Positions 13,947 through 28,930 of a DNA stretch of 64,000 nucleotides are shown in pieces (position 1 is the stretch's first letter; each line of letters opens with the position of its first letter). A program made the position numbers and the translations under genes. Origin of the DNA: Lytechinus pictus (Eukaryota); the NCBI RefSeq assembly GCF_037042905.1, contig NC_087251.1:19594001-19658000 (forward strand), in the 5' to 3' direction. The notes under the pieces were generated by a model that was given only the letters and a program-made list of their open reading frames with translations, was not told the origin of the DNA and made no database searches.

Positions 13947-14859
13947 CTGGAGTTAGAACAAACAAAACGTGTTTTAAGCATGTTAAAAGTTTTTAGTAAT
14001 CAGAATTCGTTAAGACGATAGCATAAATAATAGGCATGATGGGTGTTACACTAAAACCATCTTTTTAAAAAGGGTGTAATGAATACTTCGTGTGTCCTTT
14101 GTGAACATCGAAGGTGTAGAAGTAACACCACAGTGTTTTGCAATGCACGTGCTTGTGTCTCCTCGAAGGTTTATGGCCAAACTGAATCCTAGGTATATGT
14201 CTTGGGAATCTCTACACGATCAGCACAGCATGTTATCTCGTTAAGGGTACAAAGATTTCCTGCCAATTCCCCCGATCTCTCAACCTCCGTTTTCTTTTCC
14301 ATTCAATACACTTTTCAACGAAATAAAGAAGAAATGAAAAAGAAATGTCGAAATGCTTGATCACAAAAGGTCATAATAATAGGTCTTTTGAAATAACCTC
14401 TCGCGTCGGGGTGCCTGAGGTTTACTTTAAAGGTACCACTCACATGTCCAAGATTCAGGAAGATATATTGTGTTTATTTGGCCTATATACCATCGCCAAT
14501 CTCAGCATCTATCATAGTTCATAATTAGTCATCGCACAAAGAATATCTATCATGACTAAACATCCTGAAAATAGAAAGTTTACTGGATCTTAGATTTGGC
14601 ACGCTAATCACACTTTTTTTTCAGCTGACGAACTTTACAATTTTAGGGCATAACTTTTGAATAACGAGACGATAAAAGTTGTGGTTAATGATTTCAGTAT
14701 TCGGTATCACCCTAAACGAACCACCTCTTTGTAATTTATCATTACTATTTTGAGCATTTGCAGTTTGTTTTTCCAAATTATAGTGTGTTTATGAATGTAA
14801 TTATTATTTTGTTCTTATGATAATGGTATTTCTAATTAAATAACGCAATAATAATGGGC

Positions 14860-15090
14860 CTAATTATGTAGGGATATTGTATTATCAATAAACCGACCGT
14901 ACCTGTAATATAGACGCCAAAGCATTTCGAGAAAAAAAATTCCCCTGACAATCTCTTTATTCACGTGGAACGAGTGGAGCAAACTGTGGATGAAACTCTT
15001 AGCACAAGGCATGGAGTAAGATTCGAACCTATGACCCTTCGATTGAAAGACAAGCGTCAAAAACCAATAAACCCTGACCATGAAGACGCC
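14860..15090 (-). mobile_element. Degenerate tRNA-derived SINE
   Basis: The minus strand has a degenerate A-box (tggtcagggtttattgg), a B-box GGTTCGAATC (15020-15029), then a SINE-like core (tttcatccacagtttgctccactcgttccacgtgaataaa). No acceptor stem forms. Confidence 0.6.
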
Positions 15091-18000
15091 TACACTCATC
15101 CCACGTTTCCTTGTTTTTATTCCTTAAATTATTCGGTATCACCCTAAACGATGGTTGCTCTAATGACAATGAAAGATTTAAAGATTCACCGGATTTGATT
15201 GTTAATGACCTTCTATTTTCTCCAATATGACTGTATGGAACAACCTAATCATGCTAATTAGACCCTTTCTCTTCATATCCATGAATACCCCAAATTATAA
15301 GCAACTGGGATAACAGGAACCCAAAAGGGACACGCGCTCTCTTGCTAATACAGGCAGATGTTTATGACAATAACTTCTTTAATTATTCTTTCATTTTAAT
15401 TTCCTACTTAGGATATATACATAACCACCCCCTCCTAAAGGGTATATGCATTGCTTTTATATGAAGATTACTGTGATTAATGCCTGTAATTAAACTTGAG
15501 AAGCCAAACAAGAAAATTTACAAACACGGCCATTTGACTCAAGAGAAGCTTAAATAACCATGACAAAACAATACTTCTATGGTTTCTCTGCCATCTGCAC
15601 TAAGATATATGTTAAACTCTATTTGATTTACTTGTATAATCATTACCATCACAGGAAGGGAAAATCCAAAAGTATTGAAAATCCCTTTCCGTTTATCGAT
15701 TCAAATAAATAAATAAATCAATCAAATATATTTATTACGTCATGTTGCTTGTTCGATAAACATAATTCATTGTGTGATGCTCTGAATTGAAGAATTTTAG
15801 AACAAACTTATAGATGAACGAACAAAAATATTGTAATATAATGGAGGATGAACATTAGATATGTGGGGTGTTACACACAAAGACATAAAATCGATATCTA
15901 CAATTTATTTCTTTTTTTTTTGTTTATGGTTACCAGGACTTACAGTTACATTTAATCATGTTAATCATGCAATTTATTATATGAAACAAAAAAAGAGATA
16001 GATAGATAGATATATTGAGGGAGGGAGGGATAGAGAGAAAAGGATCGAGGGGGGGGGGAGATTGAGAGAGAGAGAGAGAGAGAGGTGGAGGGGGTGGGTA
16101 GAATATATATCTTCCAAATATATAATGACTTGGTTTCGACAGGTATCCATCCAATTGCTATTGTATACATGTCTCTGATAAAAAAGAGCAGTAGCTCCTC
16201 GACTTGTATTTCCTTCCTATGGTTTTTCACGTTGGTGAAATATATGAATATAATAAAATACACTGGACGCTGCTTTATGATCTCTTCAGATGGCTGGAAA
16301 AGTTGAGTTTTTCTTTAAAAAACATAACGATAATTTTATCACAACTAAAACCGTAATAATGGGAAGGCGTCATCAATAATCATACTATTATAAATGATGA
16401 TCATACAAAAAAGTGCTTACATATATATATATATATATATCAATTAACGCCTACATGTACTTCATTTTCACTTAAATCCACTTTAACAAATTTCATACTT
16501 CCCCCACCCCTCCTCAGATGGCAGACGAAATGTCATTTGTCATTTGACATTGATTCCAAATTATGATCTAATCACCGAGGTTTTCTTTTCTCCTTTCTTT
16601 CTGTCATTCTTTCCACCACTCCGGGGCATAGTTGTCCTCTATCCTTCCCTCATCCATCGCTTATATAGGAACAAGAACACTTGTAAAATAAATCCGCTGG
16701 ATTGATACATGTATCTGTTTTCTCTCAAACTCTTCCGAATAAAGAGCCCCTTCTCCTTTTCTCAAACTCACACGTCATTTCTGTTTTCTACCCAATTTCA
16801 CTTCATTATCTTCATTGTTATGTGACTAGTCATGGCAATTGTGTATACTTGTTGTTTCTCGAGACCCTTGTAAAGAATATTTTAATTTATTCGGGAGAGT
16901 GATGGGGTGGATAATTTCAAGAACTAACGGATGACGTAAACACATAAGATGGTAGCTATTCTATAATGATCAATACAATTTTAGAATTAACTTGATTTCT
17001 ATTTTCAGTCATTGCAGTTACGCTTTATAGAATTTGTCTTTACGATCAAATGACGTATGTGGCAGAATAACTCAAATTGAAGTGGTAGGAAGGGAGGGGG
17101 AGTTAAGATTAATTTTTTCCTTTTATGTTTGGAATAATCGGACAAAACCTATCGAAAAAATACATTATAATTATTTAGTAGTAGTGAAATAAGATGAAGA
17201 ATGAAAAATGATAGTTAGAATACAATAAAACATTAGCAGAGGCTCATGTTATACAGTATATACTTTGTCGAAGTGAAATTACTATTTTAAGTAAATTTTC
17301 TTGAGGTAAAATTGTTTGTAATCTTTTTTTTACAATCCAGAATCTTATTTTCTGTTTGAAAAATAACAATTTCTGATCTATTATTTAATATTGTGTCATA
17401 ACATTATCACATTTTCAACTTCTGCCTTCTTTCGGGGGGGGGGGGGATACAAAGTGTTCTTAATTGAACATCGTCTGCAAAAAGGGTAAGAATCTTTATG
17501 TCATTCTTTTTCTTCTTGATTCCCTTTTTAAAGGAAAACATTCATTGATAGTATATACATTCTTTTATTAAACTGAATTCAATAACTGATTATTATTAGA
17601 TACGGAAAAATAATCTTCAAGAGTATTAAATATCATGCAGCTGACTCATACTAAACTTTGTCGAAGTGAAATCAAAAAGATAAAGTAAACTATTACCAGG
17701 TAAATTGAATTTTATCTATTTCTGTCAAGAAGGGTTTATAACCATGCCTTAAGGTTACCAAATTGGTTAAGTCTGTTAACCTGGGCATTCGTCCGACCCT
17801 AAATCAGTTTGACGATTTGATGATTATTTGACGCTTATACTTACTAATGCAATAGAAGGATATAATAATAATGATTGGTTGGGTATTTCAAACCCACCCG
17901 CATTGCTGAAGGATCCCATCATCACTTCTAAACCATAGAAAAACACAAAGAACACAGCTTATCCTTATCACTTTCATAAGGTTTCCCAAAGTGACTAAAA

Positions 18001-21000
18001 TACAACCAGCGTGGTTTCTGCATAATGATGTACCCACACTCTCTGAAGAACCCTCAAAAGAAAGCAATTGAAATCTCACTTCGGTGCTTTTCCCCCTCCC
18101 GTATCCCATCATCATCGTTTGATTTATCATTAGGGTGAGAATTGTGACAGCCTGACCGAATCGAAAGGAGATGATCTACTGTCCTCATTTAATGATCATC
18201 ATTAATACCACCTAGAAAGCTTGCTTAAGAAAGACCCACTACAATAGAAGATATCTTCTACGACAAATTGGCAGGAAAGGGGTTCTGGGTTGACATGTAT
18301 GAGGCGAGAAGGTATTGTTATCTCGCCGAGGAGTGATCACTCATTAAAGACTATGTCATGACAGCTTTAACTTTGTCTTGAATACCTCATTCTCAACCTG
18401 TCCAATGGTGTTTAGGAGACTACACGCCGAGAAGCCTTTCTCTCCCACAATTGGCAAGCATCGATTTTTACCCCTCTGTTACTCGGCTCTGGTAAAGAGG
18501 GGTACGATGAGAGGACCCACCGGGCCAGACACCCGCCATGGACAGCCAGGCAGCAGTGTGTATTATCCGAAGGTCTATGTTTAGATCTCAAATGCATCCA
18601 CAAAATTGTTCAATCGTACCCTATATGTATAAACTATGAGTCATACTTCTTTACTGCGCATAATAAATGAAGAAAAAAAAAAGATATTGAAAAAAAGTTT
18701 ACCATTAGAAAATGATATATATCGATAACGATTCTATTTTAAATGATCTGAACAGTGTATAACTATTCGACATCGGTATGTACTTCATTTCCATCAATTC
18801 TTTATCTCGATTCAGAATTTTACTAAAATGACTCAAAGTTGTCATGAATATTCGTTAAAAAAACCCGATTGATTATTATTCCATGTCTAAGATTTTAAGA
18901 TTCTTAAAAGGTGTATTATCTAATTTTAATGCACAATACCCCCCAACCAATCATCTTTTTATATGACTTTTTTTAGAGAGAAGTGAGGCATATCCATAAA
19001 TGACAAAAATAATTTGGATTTCGCCTTTTACCACACCAACCAGATCAAAGAATATATATTTCGTTTTAAAGTGCTTTTTGGCCTCTAACAAGTCTGAGTA
19101 AACACACACACTTGAGTATTAACAAAAGAAAAAAATACAGACATGTTCTCAACGGTTTAGTCGAAGTTTGCTAATGAGAATCTCGATCTTTCTTAGACTT
19201 TTAGTGTTGTCTGTAAATGGGAATCTATTTACATCTATTTCCTCGCTATTGTCTGTCCTTCATAATACGATCAAGTATCTTGCAGTACTTTTCTTGGTAT
19301 AATAACAAGGTAAGGTTGCATTGATCCATATAAGGAAACAAGAAGAGCTTCTTATTCCCCTTTCCGAAAGAGAGCGATGATAAATATATACTTGAGGTGG
19401 ATATTATGTACGATGAGTTCCTGTTCCAAGCACTTAGTTGTGTTTATGTGTTGATTAGGTCTTGTTCTTCAAGTGGGGCTCAAACCGTCTCGAGGAAGGG
19501 GGTAAACATTTTGAGAGAAGGGGTGCAAACAATTAAGGATATGGGTAAACATTTGTGTCTCGGATACAAAGTCTTTAAGAAGGTCTATTTTATTGGAGCT
19601 TAACATGCTTAATACAACGCACACACATGATACAGATTTTTGTTTTCTCTGCACTTTTTGTAATATCTGTTTTGACTGTTGTATGAGTCTAAGTTCTTAC
19701 CAGTGTAGACTAAAGTAAGGTATAAAAATGAATGAATAATTGAACATAAAGAAGTGGAGATGAAATAGCAATGAATGCCATTACACCTATTAGAGATTTA
19801 TTCACTTATTTTCTCGTAATAACCCACTCACTTCGAACTTATTTCTTACTCACATTTACTTATTAGTCACTTGCTTACTTGCTTACTGCATACTAACTTA
19901 CATATATTTTCTTATTTACTTTCCTTATGTCTTGCTTTCTTATTTTACTTACCTACTTATTTACGTACCTACATATCTATTTCCTTATTTATTCGTCAAA
20001 TTATTCAATTCGATTTTCAAGACTATAACTTATGTTTATAAACATTATCTCCTAAATTAACATTTCTTATTTGGTAATGAGTGGAGTGGACCAATAGCTA
20101 TGAATCCAATCATGAATACATAACGAGGGTTATATCCTTTTCATGAAATCATAATCATATAAACTTCTTTTTCTTAGATTTTGTGTTCGCCAATATGGGT
20201 CTGGATAGGAATGGCAAGGTTATTCCTGTTTATAAGCGAGATGGTATAGTATGCGACTGGAAACAAGGCTCCCCCGATAAAAATAGACCAATGAAGTCGG
20301 CATGTAAGAGGATAGGTTAACACGGTGATATTCGGCTGTCAAGACACCATCCCAGGCATGTTACCCTCATATCCGGTTTTAAAGAGAATATAGGGAATAC
20401 TAATCAGCCAGGAAAAGAGAGCCAAGAGTAGCAAACACTCCCGCCAAATAAAAATGAACAAAACATGATGGAAAAACAGGGCGCGCTTGGAGAAGAAGAG
20501 AATACACACCTTAAGAAAATCATCTCGTGTAGCGACAGAGAGCGCCAGCACACGGGAACACCTGCCCAGCCGGACCGTGTTTTCGCAGATGGATAAACTG
20601 TAAGCGACTGGGAAGAAAATAGGTAAGATGAATAAAATATCAAGCTAGATATCAGGTTTTTGGCCTCTTTGATCTCTTTGACTTCTAACCACTAAATACA
20701 ACGTGATCAATCACCAGTTCAAGACTCGAGTGAATGAGTGACGCTCAATATCCACCTTTCTCTCTGCGAGGCGAATTTTCAAATACTGGATAAAAAAAGA
20801 GATATATAGACAAAGTTATAGCAAGGGAGGACTATAAAGGAAAATAAAGAGTAATTAAATTGAATGTCAATTCAACTAAAAAAAAATCAATACCTATAAT
20901 GAAGAGGAAATAAATAAAAATATTTTACCATGTCTTCAATAGGTTGAAGGCTTGATAATACAAAATAGAAGCTCTCCTTCTTCTTCCCTAGCATTCTTGT

Positions 21001-24000
21001 CATGTTAAAATATGTTATATATTATGATAAAACATTCTTTTAATTTGTCAAAATCGATTTATGAAATGTTCATTTTTTCCTGTACATTGAGTAATTTACA
21101 AATCGACACAAGACAAATGCGTTAATCGTAAATAATTTCCGTTTCACAATTGAAGATGACAATGACACAGAAACGTTTAATCATTCTAACTCTACATTGA
21201 TTGATTGAAATACCAATGAAGTTGTTAAACATACATGAAGTCGTTAAACATAAGGACATTTGCGGTTCGAAAGCACGGTGCCTAAAGCGAGGTATATGTC
21301 AGATCTAATTTCTCAATTTTTTGTCAGGATGGAAATGGTCGTTAGGCCAGTTAGGTGTATGGTCTTTTACTCTTGTTGATGGTCATCATGAAACAACGTG
21401 AATGAAATCATGTGGGAAGGTGTTTCTGTTTAATTCCTTGTCGATTCAAATTTTGAAAGTTCAAACCCATAGGCCTAAGGTATATGTACCGTAAAAAATA
21501 GATAAAGTGTTGTTTTCGACTAAACGCAAAAGAAAAAATATATATATCTAAACATGCTAAATCATTTGCAGTTATTATGGTTATATAAATCCGGAAGCTT
21601 TCTTCTAATTCCTAAAAGAACGAAGTCATTGATAATCAATGTACGTTTTGACATGATTGAGGGTGATGTTTTACTTCGAGGGGATAAGTTCTAATTAGTG
21701 TACTTTCATGACTATGAAAAGAAATAACTGTTCTGCATTTTAATCTTTACCAAATGAATGGTGATGAAATGGAAAAAAAAAACACGGATTAATCTACGGA
21801 TGAGCTGAAATATGTCACAAAGTCATCCATGAATGTCTTGATTTTATGTTCTCGAAAGATGAACCCAAACGAACATCAGTGTGCACCATAGATGTTTATT
21901 TTGGGAAGATTGTTACTTTTTTTTCATATTTCCTAAGCAACAAAGAAAGGGTAAGTTTCATTCCCAGCAGTGTTCTTGTACTTTGATGGAACAGATACCA
22001 GTTATTTTTAAAATTCTGTAAGTTATTTGATAAAAGTAACAAAAATATAAGACTTTATGGCAATAATGCAATTCCTCTGGTTTACAGGCCATTTCATGCG
22101 TGAGGACTACCCTTGATTATCAATGCAGAAAAATAAGGATGTAGATTGCCTTTGTCCAGTCCTATTATTAAATTATATCCTGGTGTGCTTGTGCCAATTA
22201 GTTGGATGGGTTGGTCGATGGGGGAGGAGATTCATTGAAACGACTGGTAACGATGCATGCCTTCATTACTTTGCCGCAGATCTCATCTGCATAAATGGTG
22301 GCATAAAAGTAAAAAACAAAAATAAATACAGTGGCAGTGAAATCTAAAAGGGAAAACAAACTCAAAATTGATTAGAATGGTTCCAGTAATATTTTTTTTC
22401 ACGAATCTCCTTATTTCTTAAATATCAAACCGAATTCTCGAATTTATTCACCTTTTTACTGGGTTTGGAATAAAGTAACCATGGTGACAGTTAGCCATAC
22501 ATCAAAGAAGACTCCTGGTCAAATCGTAGTCAACAAATTTTTTTTTTCTTCATACCTTTTGATGAATATAGATTCTACCAAAAAATCAATAAAGCCAGAG
22601 TCGCTAATTATATGTATTAAATTCAATACAAATTAAAATTCTTAAAACAGGAATTGTACTTATTCATATACAATATCAATCGTTTAGAATGATAACTAAA
22701 TCGGGATCTTAGTTGTTTATGCTGTCTACAAGAAGGATAAACGCGTTGCTCCATTTCACGTCTTTGTTTGCTTTCCATAACGCGTCATATCAATCCTCAA
22801 ATTCTTCCACACTGAATAAAATCTGAACGAAGCTGATATGTTTTATCATACATGTCCCATCGCGTCAAAGATTGACAACGAATTGAATCCCCAAAAGACC
22901 ACTATTATAATTTCGACATTCCTAATGAGCGTGATTTCCTCTTGTTAAAAAAACATACATGAGAAAATACGATGGTTATGTAAAGAGACAAGGATTTAAG
23001 AGAGGTGACAGTGATGACTTGATTCATGCATTATTGTGACTGCGCGCAGACGGGCTATTAGTAGCTGGCTTGATGCGCACTTTCACGCTTATTGAATAGG
23101 AATCCCAAGTGATGCACCATCAGCAGAGCGCATCATTAGCATCGTAAGACGTCCTATCGAGTCGCCATCATCATCGTCATTATCATCACCAACATCTTCC
23201 CTCCCTACATCCCAGTAGGACCATTCACACGCCCAACAAATTAATGCATTTGTGAATGTGGTTCCTTTTTACGGCATGGGCGCTTCTTTGATTTAGGGTG
23301 GGGATGATGATAGCAGAGATATTTCATTTCCATTCAATATTGTCTCAATTAGAATTACCATAAAAACAAAGGAAATGAGAGGAGGGGGGAAATGAACATG
23401 GATGCATCAAAATGAAGTGGAAGAGGCATAACCGAGAAATAAAAATGAGAATAATCATAATGGTATAGCAAAGTTAAGGGTATGAATGATGATATTAAAA
23501 TTGTGATATGATCTAGCGGTGGCTAAGATCTATAATTCGTCAAAGTTTAACTAATAGTAAAATGTGGTTATAACTTGTACTAATGACTGTTACTATCGAC
23601 CGGTCATGATTTAGTGGTGAGGGCAGTTTATCAAATAACAAGCATCCACATTACTGATCGGGTGTTTGAACAATAATACACACGCTGGTATACCTTTGGA
23701 TAGGTCCAAACTGTTTTAAAGGTAACTCGTACGGGTAATCCTTAATGCCCTCGATGATTTGCATAATTTTTGCAGTAATATATTTTGATGGTAAAAATGA
23801 TTTAATAATTTTGTGAGTCACTTTGCAAGAAATGGATTATATTCTATACAGTTATACATATCTTAATGTTTCTTTCACGATTCGTCACTGCAACGTTGAA
23901 TATTTCATGAATTTAATTTCTATGTCAGGTCAACCAAACTGCAAGCTGAATAAAAACAAGACTTCTAATGAAGACAGTTTGTTCGATTATATTTTGCATT

Positions 24001-24739
24001 GGCAATCGTACTCGTATAAGGAGCTGCAGCGAAATAGATGTTACGCAATGATCGATTATCACAAAGCATGTGCTAAGATGTTTGGCGTCAATGTGAACGG
24101 TACCGTAGACGGAAAAAATCTGGCAAGATCTGCAATAAGATGGCCACTTGTCGCTTCATCTTCGTCCTGATGCTCTCTTGAGGACCAAAGAAAGCGCGTT
24201 AATCCTCATCTATACATCCCTTACCATGGAGACCTTAGGCGTCGCCTCTACACTCTACATCTTACCCCCTCCATCTCCTCATCTCTCGTCTTCTCCTCTG
24301 CTTTAAACAAAAAAGAACAAACAAAGATAGTAAAGAGGGAGTAGAAAAAAAAATCAACATTTTACGTGCCTCGCCTCTTATCTCTATCATTGTCTTGCAT
24401 GTATATCGTAAATGAGCTCTTCTGGGATTCGCAGCTGATACTTGCTTTTTTTATCTCCAAGAAATTATTCATCGCGCGATCTTCACACTTGCTAACAGGT
24501 AATTTGAGGATTTTAAAGACCCTTATCGTCTTGTATTGTCGATCGTATTTCGTCGATAGGTTATGAATGTTGCTATTTTGGTACAGGCGCGCCTGAGCGT
24601 TTCTTCGTACTCGAAGAAAAAAAATGGATTTGAGTAGGTTCTGTCTTTTGAGTTATGTTTGTTGGTGACTTCGTAGATTTTGAGGAGTGAGTGGAGGACA
24701 AAATAGGGAAGGGACAACAGCGCATTGCATCTATCGGTA

Positions 24740-25100
24740 AACTTCGAGAAAAAGCGTATTGAGTAAGTACCGCAAGCGCTGTCTTTCTTATTGATTTAGC
24801 TTCAATTTCCTTGTGTAGATTACTCGCAATCACGCCAGGGGGAGAGAGAGCGGCCGAATCCGCAGCTCAGTGGCGCGAAATTTCGTCCTCCGTTTCTCGC
24901 CCGCCTTTAGGCTAGGAAGATATACCTAGGGAGACGTTCTCGCGATCACGATCATGGGCTCTAGAAATTCAGCTCCGGCATCTTACCCTCGTTTTCCCCG
25001 CCAGGAGAGAAAGAGAGCCGCCATCGACCATCAGCACTTCGTTTTGGCGTCTTTGGGCACGTATCCACTAGCTAACATCTTCGGATCCCTTAAAATACCA
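24740..25100. promoter_or_regulatory. CpG-rich candidate cis-regulatory element or promoter
   Basis: Dense CpG in an AT-rich background, an E2F-type TGGCGCGAAA (24871-24880) and a duplicated CGCCAGG..GAGAGA..GAG..CCG motif. No ORF support. Confidence 0.4.
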
Positions 25101-28100
25101 ATGTTCACACGCAAATATCAAAAGTGCGCATAGTAGAATCTTTACAACGTTTCTGATGTGTCTCGAAGGTTTTGAGAACCTATAGAAATGCATTTCTCAT
25201 CCCAGTCCGTATCCCAACAATGGGAACGTGTACTTAACTTGCCCACCCTAGCCCCAGATAAACAACAAATCAGATATCCCAACACCGCGTTAAAAGAGTT
25301 CCAGAGATAGCTTTATTTGAGCAAAACCAATTGATCAAGGGCAAGACTTCGGGTATCATGTAGCTCCAACAGCACCTCGAGAATTAGTCTAATTATTTTT
25401 TTTTTATCTAGAATAAATTGCATCTGTTTGACTAATTACATTGCCGCGAGCAGACCCACATATTCATGAACACGTTTACTTCTTCACCATCTATACCTTT
25501 GCTCAAGTAATATGGTTTGCTAGAAGGCTTGCTCATTGATATCGTCAAGGGGCTATGGTGAGATGATGAAGTGTGTCTTACCAACCAGAAAAATCCAGTC
25601 TCACAGGTGAACGTAGGTTACCTTTTTAAAATGATCTTCCATGGGTATAATAAACACTACCCTTTCCGGCAATGATCCCTTTACCTTGGCACGCATTGTG
25701 CCATGATGTAGAAAAGCATAAGAAGAGAACCAATTAAGTTGAAAATACTTGGAAAGCATTGTGATTTTAGTTATCATTATATAATTAACACATATTCAGT
25801 AACAGCTTTAAGATTCAAAATATATAATTGTTCCTTGTCTAATTTTACTTTTACAATTTCTATGTATGAACCAGCTTTTTGTATATTGATACAAAATTGA
25901 TAAGATCCTCTGACTGCCCATCCTATTCATAGATTATATTTCAGGTGACACATGAACTTAGATTTTGCCTCAGGCAGATGTATACAATGATTCCCTCTTC
26001 CCTTTCCCAACTGTTTAAACGTGAATCGGTTTTGTTATCTCGGAATGCACTCTGTGAATACATGTCCAATTATCAGGTAGAGTTTCTTCCTCTTGACCAA
26101 TCCTCTTCTGTCAGGTGTTTATAAGGTTAAATGCGACATGTTTACATTTGTTTAGATTTTGACTGTCGACAGGATAAAACTGAGAAGCATTTGTTCATGT
26201 TTCACGGTTGATGGATGGATGGTTGGTGGCATATCCCATCCGGCGGCATTGTCAAGAAGGTTGATGGTTCAAGGCTCAGGTGGGAACCAGAAGGCCGAGT
26301 CATCGCCCTCTTGATGTAGGAAAAGGTTCAAAATTTAACATGTGTAATAGAATCAGGCCCTGATATCAGACATGAGTGCAATATCAGAAACAATATTTTA
26401 CTCTTCATTTTTAATGGTAATAAGTTTTGTTTGTGGGCAGGGTACAATATGGAAAAATATCAATACAGGAGCAGAAGTGATAAACAGGACACAAACACAT
26501 AAGAAATAAAAAAGGACTAGATAAAAAAGAGAGATGAAAGAATAAGAGCGAGTAAAAGTAAGGGGAAAAGTGTTCGTGCCCGCGCTTGTGTGTGAAGAGG
26601 CTGAGCTTGGTGCATCTGAGGGTGTGTGGGTGTGTATGTGTGTGTGTGTGTGGGGTGCGTGTTTGTGCGACAGCGGGGGAATGCACTTCATATCTTCGTG
26701 GTTCTCCTATTCCATGTTAATGAAAGTAATTATTTTTGTTCTTGCCCGTAGACTGCTCCTTAGAACTGTGAAGATTTAACTTGAATAAACCAGATACACA
26801 ACTTGAAGACAAGTTTGTATGTACAAGAGAAAACTATTATCCAGCTGTGACTTTGCATGAAACTCTTCTAAAACACCTACTTACGTAAGTGCCAGAGCCA
26901 TAGATTCTCAACAGTTTGCACTTTAATCTAGCTCTTAAGTTTATCTTGGCATCAGAGGGAGTGGAATACTATTTCAACATTCACTTGATCACATATTAGA
27001 GGGCGTGACATGGTTTCACCGATTTCAATCTGATAACAACTCGACCTTAACTCATCGAACCTACGAGCACCAATACTCCTCGTGAAGGTATTTACTGAAG
27101 GGAACGAGAGGGTTAATGATTCATAAGTCGAGGTGTGATTGAACATGGTTCTCACGTCGCCATGTGCGTGCTTAGAGTGTCTGTGACGATCACCGTTACG
27201 TGTTTCGTCATAGTTAGTACGGTGAGAGCAAAGAGAAAACAGACAGAGAAATAAATGCTTGAAAAGTGCGCGTTTCGGTATGGGGTTCTACTCTTCTTCG
27301 TGGCGCATTAATCAAAGTTTCGCAGTTAGGCACGTTTTTATTGAGCCGTCTACTTACGCCAATCATAATATAGATCTGATTATCAACTGTGAACGGAATA
27401 TGGGTGGCCTTCAGATCTAATGGACCTTCGGTTAAAAGCCATTACTTCTAGATCCTGCCAATTTATGCCTTCTTTTAAAAATTCTTCAATCTTTTTGCCA
27501 TTTTTGGAGAACAAAAACTGTCGAAAGGTCATAAACACCTTCATCTTTACCACGTTTGATGGAAAATAATTAACCAGAGCGTGAACAAGGAAGAGATGTA
27601 TAAGTTCCGTTCTTCATTCATAAGGCTCGAACATAAGCGATTTGATATTGGCATATTTCCCGATCGATTTGACAGTAAGTGAAGAAGAATTTCGTTGAAA
27701 AGGCAAAACTCTTGAAATTAGAATGGGCAGCGAAAGACAAAAACAGAATAGAAGAAACATGATGATAAAGTTTGAAGTCAGAAAGGAGATGAAGATAAAA
27801 GATGAAATGAAAGAGTTGAATAATTTTTATTTTCTATATAGCAATATTGTATTTTCATCATAGTGCTGAGCCTTCTTATTATTAGGTTGACTGACTAAAA
27901 ACAAACAATCCCATTTTATTACACGATAAGATGCTATTCAAAATATCATACAACGATGTTTACTGTATAAACCTAACACTAGTTGTTTAACACCTTAAGG
28001 AACCATGTTGAATTGATTGAAAATGAAATATTAGAATCAAACTTTGTTCTTTAAGATTTTAAAATCTTGCTTAAAAGTACTCTAAGGTTCATTATAGTAA

Positions 28101-28599
28101 ACAGCTTTGTATAAAAAATTAAACATTGTTTTTATTGTGTTAAATGTTATTGTCAAAACGAACTATGTAACCACGTTTCTCAACAATATATTTTGTCGAT
28201 CTGGATTTTTTTATTTGAGCATTTGATGAAATTTTAATTGACATGAATGTATTCTCTTATTGGCTTTGAAAAAAAAATATATGTACAGCCTTTATATGCA
28301 AGCAAAATAAATATAGTTATTCTGTTTGAGAACTGTATAAAATTCTTCTGGTATCTGTCTTGCTGCCTTTCTCCCCTCCTCTCTTTCATTATCTCATTCT
28401 ATCTGTCCTTCTCTCTCTCTCTTTCTCCATCCCTTCCTAGCTTTTGTTTGTGTTTGTACCTCTATGAATATCTCTCGACCCCCCTCTCTCTCCCTCTCTC
28501 TCCATTCCATGATCATCTAGCCCCTTCTCTACATCCCCTTCCACCATACCCCTTCCCCATCCCAAACCATCATATTCCACATCATCTCCAAAGCAAATA

Positions 28600-28680
28600 G
28601 AACACGTCAGCTATCTCCGCCAACCACAGCCTGCACCGGAACCGCAAACTCTACATCCACCCTCACCCAACCACATAACG

Positions 28681-28712
<32 letters not shown>

Positions 28713-28930
28713 CGCACGGCTTCACCCCATCGGTTACTTCCAGGCCGTTCGCCCCGGCCATGCTCCGGCCTCCTCGCAGCGGGGTCCCCCACATTAGAGA
28801 CACTTAAGGTGATGCTATTGATTCTCTTCCATTTTGGCTCAGCAAGTGGTTAGGGCGTTGATTTAGTTAGCTTGCTGGTCTACCGGGCGGTTCCTGCTGG
28901 ATAAGAAAACACCCCGACAAACCAGCTCGT
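28600..28930. promoter_or_regulatory. GC-rich non-coding block next to a (CA)n tract; candidate cis-regulatory module
   Basis: Local GC/CpG enrichment (caggccgttcgccccggccatgctccggcctcctcgcagcggggtcccc) following the CA repeat. Confidence 0.3.
28681..28717. repeat. (CA)n microsatellite
   Basis: Directly visible. Confidence 0.95.

Noticed and set aside
14990..15090. tRNA gene (GGTTCGAATC B-box)
   Set aside because: No cloverleaf or acceptor stem; it continues into a SINE-like body.
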